Source: Nanobdellati archaeon (GTDB lineage: Archaea; EX4484-52; WAPT01). From it: a stretch of 10,210 bases of DNA. Of the stretch, positions 8,556 through 10,210 are shown piece by piece; the stretch's first letter is position 1, and every line of letters starts with the position of its first letter. The notes under the pieces are model-generated. The model did no database searches. It worked only from the letters and a program-made list of their open reading frames with translations, and was not told the origin of the DNA. The position numbers were made by a program, and so were the translations under genes. The DNA lies in NCBI GenBank assembly GCA_015520605.1, contig WAPT01000027.1:1-10210 (forward strand), read 5' to 3'.

Positions 8556-9074
8556 TTATGTCTTTTCAGAACAGACATACTTTCCGGAGCCTGCTTCAAC
8601 AACAGTACATGTTATACTGTCTGAATTTCCGGGTGCATCAACACGCACGGTGATGCGCTTACCATTGTAAGATGCAAGGTTTTCACCCTGCAAGGTTATT
8701 GTACACACTCTATCTGGTTCCGGTAACTTCGTTGTACAGTCTGAATTAGCAAGGTCGATGTTTTTGTATACTCCGTCAATCATCACAGTAGCATATTTTG
8801 TAATGTTCCAGTTTGTACTGCCTGTGTTCTTAACCAATATGTTGAATTTGGTGTTATCCCCATACACACTTACAATCTGTAACCTCATTGCGGCAGCTTC
8901 AGCCTGTGAAAGTGCTTGTTTGTTAACGCTCTCCTGCATAGCAGTTTGCATCTTGCCGCTAAAGGCGAACAATATGCCACCGGCTGCAATCGCTAGCATC
9001 AGCAACAGCACCATCGCTATGATTGGAGTCAAACCCTTACTGCGACCCCAAGATTCTATATCTCTATCATACAT
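8556..9074 (-). CDS. Archaeal type IV pilin, paralog A
   Basis: RSKG/LTPIIAMVLLLMLAIAAGGILFAF, with 4 Cys. RBS GAGGTGA at 9080-9086 supports ATG at 9074; the ORF-track GTG lies inside the RBS. Confidence 0.9.
   Translation of the reverse strand: MYDRDIESWGRSKGLTPIIAMVLLLMLAIAAGGILFAFSGKMQTAMQESVNKQALSQAEAAAMRLQIVSVYGDNTKFNILVKNTGSTNWNITKYATVMIDGVYKNIDLANSDCTTKLPEPDRVCTITLQGENLASYNGKRITVRVDAPGNSDSITCTVVEAGSGKYVCSEKT
8961..9038. repeat. 78-bp near-identical block, copy 2
   Basis: 76/78 identical to 8406-8483. Confidence 0.9.
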
Positions 9075-9116
9075 ATAGATCACCTCTATAATATGTTTTT
9101 ACCAAGGAATGTGAAA

Positions 9117-9323
9117 TTATCCTACCTTGTCCTTGTAAATTTTGAACAACAGCACATCCGCAAGGATTATTCCTAAAAAGTTCAATAAGGATACCAGCAC
9201 GAATGTTTGTTCCATTGACTGTGCATATGGTATCATGCCTAATATTACCCCTATCATTGTCAGTGCGATGATCCCAACTATATACTCCAGATATGTTAGA
9301 ACATTTTTGGTTTCTCCATCCAT
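9117..9323 (-). CDS. Small two-TM membrane protein
   Basis: 68 aa with two hydrophobic stretches. Perfect RBS GGAGGTGA at 9331-9338. Co-oriented with the pilin genes. Confidence 0.8.
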   Translation of the reverse strand: MDGETKNVLTYLEYIVGIIALTMIGVILGMIPYAQSMEQTFVLVSLLNFLGIILADVLLFKIYKDKVG

Positions 9324-9375
9324 TTCGCTATCACCTCCCGCCCTGACGATTTGGATCTTCTCGCAACATCAAACT

Positions 9376-9990
9376 TTATTTTTTAATAGATAGTTGTGAT
9401 TGCGGAAAACCTCCCGCATGGGGCATGTGAGGCATTCCTTCCGTCCCTATCTCTCCGCTAGGGGGGTGAATAGGAACAGATGCAGGTGATGGCGGTGTCC
9501 TGTGAATTCCCCCGTGAGGCAAAATATTTTCAGTTGTGAGTTTTTTTAGTCTCTTTTCAATGGAAGCCAACATCTGCAACATGTTATTATTGCTTTCTGT
9601 TATTTTTTCAGCCACATCATTGAATTTGTCCAAAACTTTCACCATGATTTCCTCTCCAGAACTCTTCGCTTCCTCCTCTCCAAGCATCTTTAAAACATCC
9701 ACGAACTGCTCTATCTTCTCCTCCAGTCTCTCCAACTTACCTACGAGAACCTCGATTTCTTCCCTCAGACCTTGATTTGACTTCACAACTTCTTCAATTA
9801 TTTTCTGGTTCAATTCAGTCATATCTATGATTTTATCTATAAACTTCTCGAGATTGGCCAATGTCCGAGACTGTTCAAGAGCCTCAAGTCTCCGTTCAAG
9901 TCTTCGAAGAGGATTAAGCGGCATGACCTCGTACTCATCATCAAATATTTCGTATTCATCATCTCTTGTGATGGATTTTCGCGGGACCAT
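9376..9990 (-). CDS. Coiled-coil protein with a Pro/His/Gly-rich C-terminal tail
   Basis: Heptad-rich segments (LRRLERRLEALE; LREEIEVLVGKLERLEEKIEQF) and a low-complexity tail. RBS GGAGGGAGG immediately upstream of ATG 9990 and a TATA box at 10033-10040 argue against the 10173 start. Confidence 0.82.
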   Translation of the reverse strand: MVPRKSITRDDEYEIFDDEYEVMPLNPLRRLERRLEALEQSRTLANLEKFIDKIIDMTELNQKIIEEVVKSNQGLREEIEVLVGKLERLEEKIEQFVDVLKMLGEEEAKSSGEEIMVKVLDKFNDVAEKITESNNNMLQMLASIEKRLKKLTTENILPHGGIHRTPPSPASVPIHPPSGEIGTEGMPHMPHAGGFPQSQLSIKK

Positions 9991-10032
9991 GATTCCTCCC
10001 TCCAACTTAGTTTTAAATAAGGTTTTTAATCT

Positions 10033-10047
10033 TATATATACTTTTCG
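10033..10047 (-). promoter_or_regulatory. BRE-TATA promoter of the pilin cluster
   Basis: Minus strand reads CGAAAAG-TATATATA, a purine-rich BRE followed by a TATA box, about 43 nt upstream of ATG 9990. Confidence 0.75.
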
Positions 10048-10059
10048 GTAGAATAGGTG

Positions 10060-10076
10060 GAGACCGTCCGGATAAA
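10060..10076. repeat. 17-bp motif GAGACCGTCCGGATAAA, copy 2 (candidate transcription-factor site)
   Basis: Identical to 807-823. Lies 19 nt upstream of the minus-strand TATA box. Confidence 0.8.
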
Positions 10077-10116
10077 GGCACGAAATATCTTCTCTAGAAT
10101 ATAAATCAAAATTAAA

Positions 10117-10162
10117 GGGCATCACCTCGCTTTCATATAAAAATTTTAAGGAGGTGATGCCC
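10117..10162. repeat. Perfect 12-bp inverted repeat with a 22-nt spacer
   Basis: GGGCATCACCTC (10117-10128) and GAGGTGATGCCC (10151-10162). Confidence 0.8.
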
Positions 10163-10163
10163 C

Positions 10164-10210
10164 ATGCAAGCACTCAGCTTAATAGAAAACATTATCTCAA
10201 AGATATTTAA
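10164..10210 (+). CDS. Probable 5' end of a divergent gene (partial, product unknown)
   Basis: GGAGGTGA at 10150-10157, then ATG at 10164. Frame MQALSLIENIISKIF is open to the window edge. Confidence 0.55.
   Translation, partial: MQALSLIENIISKIF

Noticed and set aside
8406-9038. Diversity-generating retroelement TR/VR pair
   Set aside because: Both mismatches are A/G on the coding strand, but in opposite directions between the copies. Both copies lie in conserved N-terminal coding regions and no reverse transcriptase is present.
301-9074. Archaellin (flaB/arlB) assignment for the pilin-like genes
   Set aside because: They lack the archaellin GxxGIGTLIVFIAMVLVAAV pattern, and no arl accessory genes are recognisable.
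1600-10051. Other overlapping ORFs (1600-1854, 2713-3036, 5361-5558, 5758-6183, 6122-6454, 6412-6765, 8758-9078, 9142-9393, 9536-9775, 9827-10051)
   Set aside because: Each lies antisense to a better-supported gene or pseudogene and has shadow-like composition.
807-10076. CRISPR array or integrated provirus bounded by the 17-bp repeats
   Set aside because: There are only two copies with no spacers, and no integrase, tRNA target or viral genes.
9991-10173. 61-aa N-terminal extension of the 265-aa ORF
   Set aside because: It spans the BRE-TATA promoter, the 17-bp motif and the divergent RBS, and a strong RBS precedes ATG 9990.

Overview
Archaeal genomic DNA: it has archaeal class III signal peptides, TATA/BRE promoters and GGAGGTGA ribosome-binding sites. 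A DPANN-type host is plausible but is only an inference. From left to right the window holds: a stand-alone type IV pilin gene (-); an AT-rich decayed patch with a probable IS6-family transposase remnant (-) and a Nudix-fold pseudogene (+) that the ORF track only half captures; a HerA/DUF87 ATPase; an iscS-iscU pair; a hypothetical protein with a possible C-terminal winged helix; a HAD hydrolase; and a six-gene minus-strand cluster (coiled-coil protein, 2-TM protein, two paralogous pilins, two minor pilin-like genes). A gene start at the right edge points the other way. The most notable signals are: (1) an exact 17-bp sequence 9.25 kb apart, sitting 18-19 nt upstream of the TATA box of both pilin transcription units, a candidate pilus-regulon activator site; (2) a 78-bp, 76/78-identical block restricted to the N-terminal helix of two otherwise diverged tandem pilins; (3) a perfect 7-1-7 palindrome in the iscSU promoter; (4) a 12-bp inverted repeat that overlaps the RBS of the edge gene.
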